20,000 nucleotides of DNA from an uncultured virus (IMG/VR IMGVR_UViG_3300032309_003726) (lineage: Duplodnaviria > Heunggongvirae > Uroviricota > Caudoviricetes), in IMG/VR virus record IMGVR_UViG_3300032309_003726; one strand, given 5' to 3'. Made by a program: the position numbers and the translations under genes. Below, piece after piece: positions 8,171 through 16,396 of the stretch. The notes beneath the pieces are model-generated. The model had not been told where the DNA came from, did not search any database, and saw only the letters and a program-made list of their open reading frames with translations. Each line of letters opens with the position of its first letter. Within the stretch, counting starts at the first letter, position 1.

Positions 8171-9296
8171 ACTTTGGTTAGAAAACATGGAAAGCGCCGA
8201 GGACATCTTTAAAAGATTATCCTCATTGATTTTATCCGCATCCACATATCAAGGTGCAATAAAAAGTTTGTCCAGTGCGGGGGTGATTCCTGATTTTGGC
8301 ACAGATCAATATACTCAACTAGGACACAAATGGAAAGATGCTTTTTATGGTTTAATATCTGGTGATACGGGGGGCGGAATGTTCATGCCCGAAACCAATC
8401 CAGATTTGGCATCTAAGTTATACACAATTGCTAATAGAATTAAATCTGTGGGTTTTGATGTCATAGATGACCCTCAAGGATCTTGGTACTTTTTTCAAAT
8501 CGAGGGATATAAGCCCGATGGTGCGAAAAAAAAGATACATGTAAAAATACCAGCAGACAACCTAGAATATGCTGTAAAGCTTGCTGAACTAATAAAACAA
8601 AACCTTGTTAATGTTCGTCAATTTAAGTTTGCTGCAAAAGGCAACAGCTTTGAGTCTAGACGGGATAATTTTGTTATTTATTTATCAAAACAGGGCGAAA
8701 GTAATAGTGAAGATTTTATAAAAGCAATTAAATCTTTAGGCTTAAGTACCGATGTAGGGGAAGACTTTAAAGGCAGCACTGGTAATTCACTTAGTCAGAC
8801 CGAGCTTGTAAGTCTAAGATTATCTGCAATATTATTAAGTAAACCGGGTATTCCCAGACCTAACTTTGCAGGTCAAAAGTTATGGAAAGATACAGAACAA
8901 GAGTTTTTAATGTCTGACCCTGTCGCTTCTCCTTATTTAAAAGGAACAGGACAGCCTCCGGCAACTCAAGCCAGCGGTGGTGTTCAAGACTATCAACCAA
9001 AAACACTAACTCTGTACGGTGGCAATCGGCCCTTATCAATTAATATTGACACACAAATCGGCAAACCTGTGCTGCAATCTTTAGGTGATGTTGCACAATA
9101 CTTTTCAGATGTCCAGTTCAGAATTCAAAAAGCAAGCAACGGCTGGTATTTGATACCAAACAACACAGCAGTCAACCAAACCATAATTAACGGATCAGTG
9201 GTTCGTGGAGCCACAAGAATTAACATTAACGATCAAATTGGAATTATAGGAAAGTCTGGTCGGCAAATAATGCCCTTAAAAGCAACAAGCGTATAA
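8160..9296 (+). CDS. Phosphothreonine-lyase/HopA1-like domain fused to a C-terminal FHA-like domain; N-terminal FKLWLE motif
   Basis: K125-I-H127-V, F-K156-F and R167/168-D-N-F-V-I-Y174 motifs. P/A/Q/G-rich linker. C-terminal IGK...YFSDVQFRI...GWYL...NQTIING...NDQIGI matches FHA strand topology. Confidence 0.6.
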   Translation: MRFKLWLENMESAEDIFKRLSSLILSASTYQGAIKSLSSAGVIPDFGTDQYTQLGHKWKDAFYGLISGDTGGGMFMPETNPDLASKLYTIANRIKSVGFDVIDDPQGSWYFFQIEGYKPDGAKKKIHVKIPADNLEYAVKLAELIKQNLVNVRQFKFAAKGNSFESRRDNFVIYLSKQGESNSEDFIKAIKSLGLSTDVGEDFKGSTGNSLSQTELVSLRLSAILLSKPGIPRPNFAGQKLWKDTEQEFLMSDPVASPYLKGTGQPPATQASGGVQDYQPKTLTLYGGNRPLSINIDTQIGKPVLQSLGDVAQYFSDVQFRIQKASNGWYLIPNNTAVNQTIINGSVVRGATRININDQIGIIGKSGRQIMPLKATSV

Positions 9297-9297
9297 A

Positions 9298-10029
9298 TTA
9301 TTTCTTTTGGGCTGCGGCCATCAACTTGCCGACTATTCCCATGGCTTGTTCGCACATTCTTTCGTATTCACTTGGGTCCATTCCAAAGGCTTTATAGTGA
9401 TGCACAATATTGTTGCCAATTGCTTGAGGCGTGTGTCCTTTGTATTGTGCCCGTAAAGTCATAATAAAAGACATGCCAACAAGTGGAAGATCCTCTGGCC
9501 AAGGTCCAATATCATCCCAACAACGACGACTAATTAACATACAATATTCTTGAACAAAATTAACTTGTTGCTTTTGAATATAATAAGCATGAAGACTTGT
9601 TCCCACAACTCCAGCGGATCTACTTTCAGACAGGTTAACCATAACATCTATCCAAGCTGGGTCTAAGACAACCGTATCGGCGTGCATAAAAATAAAATAT
9701 TTTGAATTTGGATCAGCGACGGCAACACCTTGGTTTGCGGCCTTCGACCAATACTCATTAGTTTTATTTTTAATTACCTTAATCCCCTCTTGTTGAAGCA
9801 CCTCTAAATATTCTTGAGTCTCTTGATCCGAAGCGTTGTCAACAACTATGACCTCATAATTATTAAGATTACTCATTGCGTGAATAGATTGAAGACATAT
9901 ATTTAAATATTCGGGTCTATTGTGGTGAACCACGATAATAGAAACTTGCTCATTAGATCCATCATTTAAATTAAAACTTAAAGTTGGCTTGTCCGATGGT
10001 GATTCTAATGGATTAAACGGTTGATTCAT
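9298..10029 (-). CDS. Glycosyltransferase family 2
   Basis: VSIIVVHHN, YEVIVVDNASD, KAANQG and FMHADT motifs; SD AGAGGT upstream. Confidence 0.9.
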   Translation of the reverse strand: MNQPFNPLESPSDKPTLSFNLNDGSNEQVSIIVVHHNRPEYLNICLQSIHAMSNLNNYEVIVVDNASDQETQEYLEVLQQEGIKVIKNKTNEYWSKAANQGVAVADPNSKYFIFMHADTVVLDPAWIDVMVNLSESRSAGVVGTSLHAYYIQKQQVNFVQEYCMLISRRCWDDIGPWPEDLPLVGMSFIMTLRAQYKGHTPQAIGNNIVHHYKAFGMDPSEYERMCEQAMGIVGKLMAAAQKK

Positions 10030-10054
10030 AAAGTTTACCTCTTTTTAAAAGAGT

Positions 10055-10080
10055 TTTATTTTTAAAATTTTAAAAATAAA
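10055..10080. repeat. Perfect 26-bp AT-only palindrome in divergent intergenic region
   Basis: TTTATTTTTAAAA|TTTTAAAAATAAA. Confidence 0.85.
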
Positions 10081-10111
10081 GTAATAGATAAAAAACAAAG
10101 GGGAAATTAAT

Positions 10112-10444
10112 ATGAAAAAATCAACTAATGGTTTGACTCCAGCGCAAAAAAAATTGCCACAAAAACTTCAAGATGCTATCTTAAATAGCAAAAAACACAA
10201 AAAACCAAAAAATAAAGATGATCACGATGACCATGATGACCATGAAATAAACAAAGAAAAAGCGGACTTGGATGGTGATGGAAAACTATCATCTTATGAG
10301 ATGAAAAGAGGAAAAGCGATCCAAAAAGCAATGAAAGAAAAAGATTGTGGTTGCGAAGGGGAATGCGATTGTAAAAAAGATGAAGTATACAAAAAGTCTC
10401 TTCCAACTTTTCAAGAATGGTTAAAGTGGAGAGAATCTAAGTAA
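10112..10444 (+). CDS. Small charged protein with EF-hand-like loop, Asp/His repeat, Cys cluster and C-terminal FQEWL motif
   Basis: DLDGDGKLSSYE, DDHDDHDDHE, CGCEGECDC and LPTFQEWLKWRE; purine-rich RBS AAGGGG. Confidence 0.7.
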   Translation: MKKSTNGLTPAQKKLPQKLQDAILNSKKHKKPKNKDDHDDHDDHEINKEKADLDGDGKLSSYEMKRGKAIQKAMKEKDCGCEGECDCKKDEVYKKSLPTFQEWLKWRESK

Positions 10445-10470
10445 AAACAACCAGTTCATTGGAAAAATAA

Positions 10471-10854
10471 ATGAAATTAAAGTTAACTGATTATAAGGTT
10501 ACCGATCTGATTCTGTCAAATTATAAAGAAATTCACACAAGTGTTAATATATCAAGTGGAGTTCTTAATATAGATCTAAATCAAGGTAACGTTTTTTTAA
10601 TAAACTTTGATCAAAATGTTAGCAATTTAAATATATTAAATGTTCCAAATTTAGACAACATAGTTGTTGCTTTTACAATGGTGATAACAACATCAGGATC
10701 AAACAGGACTATTTCTTGGCCAAATAGTATCAAATGGCCAGCCAGCGCAGCGCCAGTAATAACGATTTTCACTGATAAAAAAGATTTTTTTAGTTTTGTA
10801 ACAATGGACAAAGGTGTAAGCTGGTTTGGTTTTATAGGAGGGCAAAATTATTAA
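10471..10854 (+). CDS. Phage tail-fibre-associated domain protein
   Basis: IDLNQGNVF...RTISWPNSIKWP...AP...D-x-FSF-x-T-x-DKG-x-SWFG...GGQNY, a pattern commonly seen in phage fibre proteins. Confidence 0.65.
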   Translation: MKLKLTDYKVTDLILSNYKEIHTSVNISSGVLNIDLNQGNVFLINFDQNVSNLNILNVPNLDNIVVAFTMVITTSGSNRTISWPNSIKWPASAAPVITIFTDKKDFFSFVTMDKGVSWFGFIGGQNY

Positions 10855-11507
10855 TGTTTGGAGGATTATTACACAAAATAGTATCAACTTCTTTTGACTA
10901 TACTATTTATAATTTTGATTTCTCTAGCGTTAGCAATATATCTCTTTTGGAAAATGCCTCAATATCAAACAATGAATTAATTTTAACACCAAACACACAA
11001 AACTCCTCAGGATCAGCAGAGTTTTTAAATGTAAGAGTTGGATCTAGTAGATATGTTAAAATAATTTTTGATTATAAAATTTTTGACGGAAATGGGGCTG
11101 ACGGTCTGGGTTTCGAATTATCAAGAAGAGCGGCCACCCCTTTGTTGGGTTCGGGCAATTATGTATCCAATGGTATAAGAATGTTTTTGGACACATATGA
11201 TAATGGAGACGGTGTGGGAATAAAAATTTATAGAGATAACTCGAATAGAGTATTTTTCAGCAGTAATTCTTTAAGAAGCAATAACTATAGGAAAGTTTAT
11301 TTTGAATTAGATAGCGTTAAAAGAAAATTAAACTTTACAATAGATCAGGTAATAACAAACGGATCTATAGATCTGTCCACGGAGGAATGCGATCTATTTG
11401 ATTCACCGGATAGTGATATTGTTCAGTACCGGTTAAGGTTTTATGGCAAAACCGGAGGCTTGACTGATCGGCATTCTATTAAAAATTTAACAATAGTCAC
11501 AAAATGA
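10854..11507 (+). CDS. L-type (legume/ConA-like) lectin domain protein
   Basis: LILTPN...GSA, GADGLGF and FLDTYDN motifs typical of L-type lectins; TAATG stop/start coupling to the upstream gene. Confidence 0.7.
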   Translation: MFGGLLHKIVSTSFDYTIYNFDFSSVSNISLLENASISNNELILTPNTQNSSGSAEFLNVRVGSSRYVKIIFDYKIFDGNGADGLGFELSRRAATPLLGSGNYVSNGIRMFLDTYDNGDGVGIKIYRDNSNRVFFSSNSLRSNNYRKVYFELDSVKRKLNFTIDQVITNGSIDLSTEECDLFDSPDSDIVQYRLRFYGKTGGLTDRHSIKNLTIVTK

Positions 11508-11508
11508 A

Positions 11509-11715
11509 CTAACTCAAGCCTTCAATTTCTACATTCTCTATAACACCATATTCTATAAAACACTCTATTTCTCCTATTTTGGTTGTCCTTGGAAGTTCGT
11601 TTTCTCTTAAAAATTTAAATAAATTTTCACTATTTTTGTCGGCTTTTACAACACGAACAAAAACATACTCGCCCATAACTTGGCGAGCTATACTAACCAA
11701 AATAGATACACTCAT
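11509..11715 (-). CDS. Hypothetical protein
   Basis: 68-aa ORF, ATGA-coupled to 11712..12008. Confidence 0.65.
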   Translation of the reverse strand: MSVSILVSIARQVMGEYVFVRVVKADKNSENLFKFLRENELPRTTKIGEIECFIEYGVIENVEIEGLS

Positions 11716-12008
11716 ACATCATCCAATTCTTTAGATTTTTCTTCTTTTGAATCGCAATTAGCATTAATTTCTTTTTTTCTTTTTGATCTTACTCTTTCAA
11801 TCATTAAGTTGAAATTTTTTCTAAAACTAGGAAAAGCTTGTGTAGGATATCTTTTTGCCAATTCTATGAGTCCATTCGTTGTATATTCGTCCAAACCTTG
11901 CACCTTGATCCAACCTATAACAGTGTCCAAAGTTAACTGCCTCTGTAATTTTCCGCCAGATTTCCCTGGGACGTAAACTTGAGCCTTTATAGAACCGGCT
12001 TCACTCAT
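11712..12008 (-). CDS. Hypothetical protein
   Basis: 98-aa ORF with SD AGGAGA and ATGA coupling. Confidence 0.7.
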   Translation of the reverse strand: MSEAGSIKAQVYVPGKSGGKLQRQLTLDTVIGWIKVQGLDEYTTNGLIELAKRYPTQAFPSFRKNFNLMIERVRSKRKKEINANCDSKEEKSKELDDV

Positions 12009-12298
12009 ATTATTTCTCCTATGTCTTGATTCATTATCTCTTCAACTGTTTTCTCTGCTTCGGCCACCTCTTCATTAACTTCTTCGGAGGATGAGAAGAA
12101 GTCCTCTGGAAGAATATACATTGAATCTAAATAAGAAAAAATATGGTCACTATAAAAAGAATCGCCCGTTTGGGAATAAACTTTTTTATTAACCAAATCT
12201 ACATTAACCATCATAGTTTTTTCTTGACCATCAACAACAATTTTCAATTTTGCTGGCGTTAAAAAAACTAACTCTTTTATTTCTATTTTTTCAGACAT
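12005..12298 (-). CDS. Hypothetical acidic protein (start re-assigned to MSEKIEIK)
   Basis: The ATG at 12298 avoids overlap with the + strand gene at 12336; Glu-rich C-terminus. Confidence 0.65.
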   Translation of the reverse strand: MSEKIEIKELVFLTPAKLKIVVDGQEKTMMVNVDLVNKKVYSQTGDSFYSDHIFSYLDSMYILPEDFFSSSEEVNEEVAEAEKTVEEIMNQDIGEII

Positions 12299-12335
12299 AG
12301 ATATTGGGTTGCCTATGTTTTTATAAGAGTAATAT

Positions 12336-12755
12336 ATGTCTAAATTTAAACAATTTTTAATTAAAGAAGAATTTGGATTAGGAGATATAAAACAAAAAAT
12401 AAATAAAATTTTTGACAACAAAAGTTATTCAAATTTTTTATCATCATCAGCAAATAACACTTATGATTATTCTCCATGGAGAGGAAACGATAGTATAAAC
12501 AATCAAAAAGAGCCTGTTGATTTGGTGATTCCAAATATAGAAAAAACCGCCCGAATAATATTTTTAGACGTTAAAAAAACTCCAATAAGAATGCTTTTGT
12601 CGGATGGGACTGAGTGTCTATTCTCTGAGGTGGAGTTTAGAAAAATAAAAGGAATTCCAGAAATAAACAAAACCATAACTTTAGTGTTTCAAAGAAACCC
12701 TAATGATTTTTCGAAAAATTTTTCAAAAATAGAAAAAGTTATTGTACTGGATTGA
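12336..12755 (+). CDS. Hypothetical protein with N-terminal FKQFLIKEE motif
   Basis: 139-aa ORF; shared N-terminal motif; beta-rich C-terminal half. Confidence 0.65.
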   Translation: MSKFKQFLIKEEFGLGDIKQKINKIFDNKSYSNFLSSSANNTYDYSPWRGNDSINNQKEPVDLVIPNIEKTARIIFLDVKKTPIRMLLSDGTECLFSEVEFRKIKGIPEINKTITLVFQRNPNDFSKNFSKIEKVIVLD

Positions 12756-13068
12756 AGCCACGATCTTGCTCCCAATCTTTTTGCCAAGATTCAAATCCAT
12801 TGTAAGATCCATGAGTAAGATCATTTTTAAAAGAAATTTTTGAGTATAATTCATCGCCCTGAGTATCAACCTGCAAACTCTCAGGATTTACTTTATCTGG
12901 ATCGAAACCTGGACCATACGGAGATGGAGAATAATTTTGTTTTAATTTTTCAATAACGCAACCTGTTGTGGCGTTAATTATGAATTTACTAAAAGCAAAC
13001 CCTAGCAAGTTGATTGTAATTAAAGAAATAACTATTAGAAATATTTTATTATTTTTTAAATCATCCAT
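12739..13068 (-). CDS. Membrane-anchored hypothetical protein
   Basis: N-terminal hydrophobic helix ([18 protein letters not shown]); SD AGGAGA; overlaps the dnaJ stop. Confidence 0.7.
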   Translation of the reverse strand: MDDLKNNKIFLIVISLITINLLGFAFSKFIINATTGCVIEKLKQNYSPSPYGPGFDPDKVNPESLQVDTQGDELYSKISFKNDLTHGSYNGFESWQKDWEQDRGFNPVQ

Positions 13069-14143
13069 TTTTTTCTCCTATTTTTTTAAAAATTTCTTGT
13101 CTATTTGTGTTCAAACAAGAGTTTTCTAACTCCATTAGTTTAGTAAAAATTTCTTTTTCTTTATCACCCAAATCATTTGGTGTGTGGAGCGTAAGATTAA
13201 CGTATTGATCACCACGTTGGTATATAGTATCACTGGTATTAAATATAGGTAATCCTAAGTTCTTCAGTCTTAGCTTTTGATTCGGCTTTGATTTTGGGGG
13301 AATAACAATGGCGGCTCGCCCTTCCAAGGTAGGAACCTCTATTTGAGTTCCCAAAACAAGTTCAGAATATCCAACAGGCCAATTTATTAAAATGTCTCCC
13401 TTTGGTAATCTTTCAAAATATTCATGCTTCTGTACATTTATTGATATAAACAAATCGCCAAAAACACCATCAGAATCAACTGGGGGATTTCCCAGACCTT
13501 TTTGAACAAATCTCATTCGATTATCTACTCCGGGGAAGATTTTGAATTTTATTTTTTGTTCCTCCGAGTTGATGTATCCCCCTTCGCAATTTGAACAAGA
13601 TTCACCTATAACGCTTCCGGTGCCACCGCACGCCTGACAGCCAGCCCTCACGGTCATGGCCCTCCCTTGAATTACCCTTGAACCAGTGCCATCGCAATGT
13701 TTGCACTTTATTCTATCGCCACCAAAACCATTGCACTTATCACAAATATTTTTTTTCTGGTAGAGAAGATCTATTTCGCCACCACTTAAAACTTGATTTA
13801 ATGTTATGTTTGCTTCCAAAAATATGTCCTCGCCTTTGGAAACTTGCTGAGGTCTATTATTGAAAAATTGAGCAAACATATCTTCAAAAGCCGAGGAGAA
13901 GGGTTTGCCTCTTTCAAAAAAATCATTTCCTTGAATTGATCCATGGCTGTCATAATTAAATCTTGAATTTTTATTGCTTAAAATTTCAAAAGCACGAGAA
14001 ACTTGTTTGAAATTTTCCGCTGACTCTGGGTCGTTTGGGTTTAAATCGGGGTGATATTTTTTTGCCAAATCACGATAAGCCTTACGAATATCCTCCTCTG
14101 AGGCACCTTTTTCAAGACCTAAGATTTCATATAAATTTTTCAA
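13061..14143 (-). CDS. dnaJ: Chaperone DnaJ (class A: J domain, four Cys zinc-finger repeats, C-terminal domain)
   Basis: YEILG...KYHPD J-domain; [24 protein letters not shown] and CSNCEGG repeats; GDLFI and LG-x(4)-VPTLEG motifs. Likely TTG start at 14143 overlapping the upstream TGA. Confidence 0.95.
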   Translation of the reverse strand: MKNLYEILGLEKGASEEDIRKAYRDLAKKYHPDLNPNDPESAENFKQVSRAFEILSNKNSRFNYDSHGSIQGNDFFERGKPFSSAFEDMFAQFFNNRPQQVSKGEDIFLEANITLNQVLSGGEIDLLYQKKNICDKCNGFGGDRIKCKHCDGTGSRVIQGRAMTVRAGCQACGGTGSVIGESCSNCEGGYINSEEQKIKFKIFPGVDNRMRFVQKGLGNPPVDSDGVFGDLFISINVQKHEYFERLPKGDILINWPVGYSELVLGTQIEVPTLEGRAAIVIPPKSKPNQKLRLKNLGLPIFNTSDTIYQRGDQYVNLTLHTPNDLGDKEKEIFTKLMELENSCLNTNRQEIFKKIGEKNG

Positions 14144-14922
14144 AATATTTCTCCAGCCAGTCTTTGGCAATTATTGTAATAAGATAAAAGAGATTCTTTG
14201 TGTGCATTCTTATGCCACAACAATTGATAATCGTGAATTCCTTTATATTGAGAAATAAAATTGGTTGGGTGACACAAACCACATTTATTATATAAATTTT
14301 CAAAAAAAGAGCGGTCAGTGTCTTTAATTAGTGGTTTTCCTTGTATAAATTTTGTAGTTTCTGCGAACCAAGCATCAAATTTTTTACAACAATCAGATCT
14401 CCAAGCAACTTGAGTTGCATCCAATTTTCCAACTGGGTTTATAGGATTTTTATATTGATTATATTTGTGCGACAAAGAATCAGCTTCTTCGCTTTTCTGG
14501 AACAAAGGATTATATGTTATAATATTTGAATAACAATAAAGAACTTCTTGATTTTTTAAAAAAAAATTATTTAAATTATAAAAATAATTAGGATAAAATT
14601 CATCGTCATCACAAAGAGTCACAACCAAATCGGCATCAGAGTTCTTTATGGCTTGATTTGCGTACTTGCCTATCGACAAACCTTCTTGTATTTTTTGTTC
14701 CGGGGAAGCATTTGAATTTGCAAAAATAATTTGATTTTTAAAATCTGCCAGAATATCCTCTACAATTGGCTTTCCTGGATTTGGACTACCGTCATCGCCA
14801 AAGAAAAGAACCCAATTCTGGTGGAGATTATTACACTTTGCAATACTTCTTAAAGCATTTTTTACCAAAATAGGTCTATTATAATAAACCATCAATATTA
14901 AAATTTTTAACTTATTTTTCAT
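14140..14922 (-). CDS. Glycosyltransferase family 2
   Basis: [22 protein letters not shown] and LCDDD motifs. Confidence 0.88.
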   Translation of the reverse strand: MKNKLKILILMVYYNRPILVKNALRSIAKCNNLHQNWVLFFGDDGSPNPGKPIVEDILADFKNQIIFANSNASPEQKIQEGLSIGKYANQAIKNSDADLVVTLCDDDEFYPNYFYNLNNFFLKNQEVLYCYSNIITYNPLFQKSEEADSLSHKYNQYKNPINPVGKLDATQVAWRSDCCKKFDAWFAETTKFIQGKPLIKDTDRSFFENLYNKCGLCHPTNFISQYKGIHDYQLLWHKNAHKESLLSYYNNCQRLAGEIF

Positions 14923-15793
14923 GTTTCAATTAAATTCTAATTTAAAAATAGTCGCAACAATTTTGGCAAAAGATGAAGAAGATATTATAGGAAAGAATAT
15001 AGAACATCATATTAATCAAGGCGTAAAACATTTTATTATCACAAATAATAGATCAAAAGATAAAACTAAAAATATAATAGAATCATATCCGGAAGTTTGC
15101 GAAATTATAGAAGAACAAGGAGAAGATCACAATCAATCAGAGTGGGTTACAAAAATGGCAAGATTAGCTTGCAAATTAAAACCCGACTGGATTATTCACC
15201 TGGATGCAGATGAGTTTTGGTGTGGATTAAATAATTTAAAAAATATTCCTGTGAAGTATGTGAGTTCTCCAAGAATGTTTTTGCACCCTCCCGCTGGTTG
15301 TGAATTTGATCAAATTAAAATGAGATATTATTTAGATTTTGAAAATTTTCATGAATTACCAGGAGAGTGTAAAGTGGCACATAGACCTGATCCTGACATC
15401 GTAATTAAACACGGAAATCATAGTTTTGATGGAATAAACAATGTGCATTACGCAAACACAATATGGAGACACCACTATCCAATTAGGTCGTATTCTCAAT
15501 TTATTAAAAAAGCAGTGGAGGGACACGAATCTCTACTAAGGCGGGGTGCTATTTGTGATCGTTGGAAAAAATGGTACGATTTATATAATTTTGGTTTATT
15601 AGAAGATCTTTATAAGAAAGTGTGTCAATCTTGGTCAAATATGATTAAAAAACCAAACAAAGAAGATTTGGCAAATTTGTTAGAGTTTTGGTCAACACCA
15701 GATACCGTTAATTATATTATTGGAAAAAATCTTTTGCCAAACATAGGAGAATGGCCAAAAAAAATAATAAAAAAAGAAGGAAGATCAGGGTAG
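14921..15793 (+). CDS. Glycosyltransferase family 2-like (Glyco_tranf_2_4 type)
   Basis: AKDEEDII..NIEHH..QGV.HFII.NN.S.D.T, DWIIHLDADEFW, GNH and HYPIRSY.QF motifs. Confidence 0.88.
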   Translation: MFQLNSNLKIVATILAKDEEDIIGKNIEHHINQGVKHFIITNNRSKDKTKNIIESYPEVCEIIEEQGEDHNQSEWVTKMARLACKLKPDWIIHLDADEFWCGLNNLKNIPVKYVSSPRMFLHPPAGCEFDQIKMRYYLDFENFHELPGECKVAHRPDPDIVIKHGNHSFDGINNVHYANTIWRHHYPIRSYSQFIKKAVEGHESLLRRGAICDRWKKWYDLYNFGLLEDLYKKVCQSWSNMIKKPNKEDLANLLEFWSTPDTVNYIIGKNLLPNIGEWPKKIIKKEGRSG

Positions 15794-16396
15794 TTTTCGA
15801 GAAAAATAGTCAGCTAATTTTTTAAATCTATTTGGACTAAAGTTTAAATTGCAACTATCTCCGTATTGCTTCACACGTTCGCTTTTTGACCAATCTTCTC
15901 TAAGCATGCCTAATATGATTGAATCATAATAATTTCCACACTTAAATATAGATTTTCTTTTTTTGCCTTCTACAACAAATCCCAACTTTTCAATTTCCAA
16001 TTTCTGAGCTGTCACATGGTATTCCAGAACTTCTGCTTCCACACGGTGGACACTAAACATCTCAAAAGCAAAATCCAGGCCAGCACAAAAAGAAGAAAAA
16101 GCCCACTTTGATCTATATTTTTTAAAAACAGATCCAGAGATGCTGAGTGATCTGTTGGTGGTATCTATATTAGTTAAAGAAGCAACACCTATTCTTTCGC
16201 CTTCAACTTCTCCAATTAAAAACAATTGATCTTTTGGAATATTATCAAACCAATAATTTTGATCATCTAAATTAATTATTTGTGTTGAATGAGTTCCCCA
16301 CCAACTTTCTTTTTTTAAATCCAAAAGATGCTGAAGATCGCTTCTCTCAATTTTTCTTAATGTTACGCCGTCTTTGTGATTGTACATTAGATTCAA
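15785..16396 (-). CDS. GNAT N-acetyltransferase (RimJ/RimL/PseH-like)
   Basis: LRKIERSDL, LDFAFEMF.VHRV.AEVLEYH and EKLGFVVEG..RK...K.G.YYD..I.GML..DW motifs. Confidence 0.88.
   Translation of the reverse strand: MNLMYNHKDGVTLRKIERSDLQHLLDLKKESWWGTHSTQIINLDDQNYWFDNIPKDQLFLIGEVEGERIGVASLTNIDTTNRSLSISGSVFKKYRSKWAFSSFCAGLDFAFEMFSVHRVEAEVLEYHVTAQKLEIEKLGFVVEGKKRKSIFKCGNYYDSIILGMLREDWSKSERVKQYGDSCNLNFSPNRFKKLADYFSRKLP

Noticed and set aside
12299..12421. N-terminal extension of the 12005..12421 ORF
   Set aside because: It overlaps the + strand gene at 12336 head-to-head; the ATG at 12298 is more plausible. The track starts for dnaJ (14170) and infC (17837) were shortened for similar reasons.
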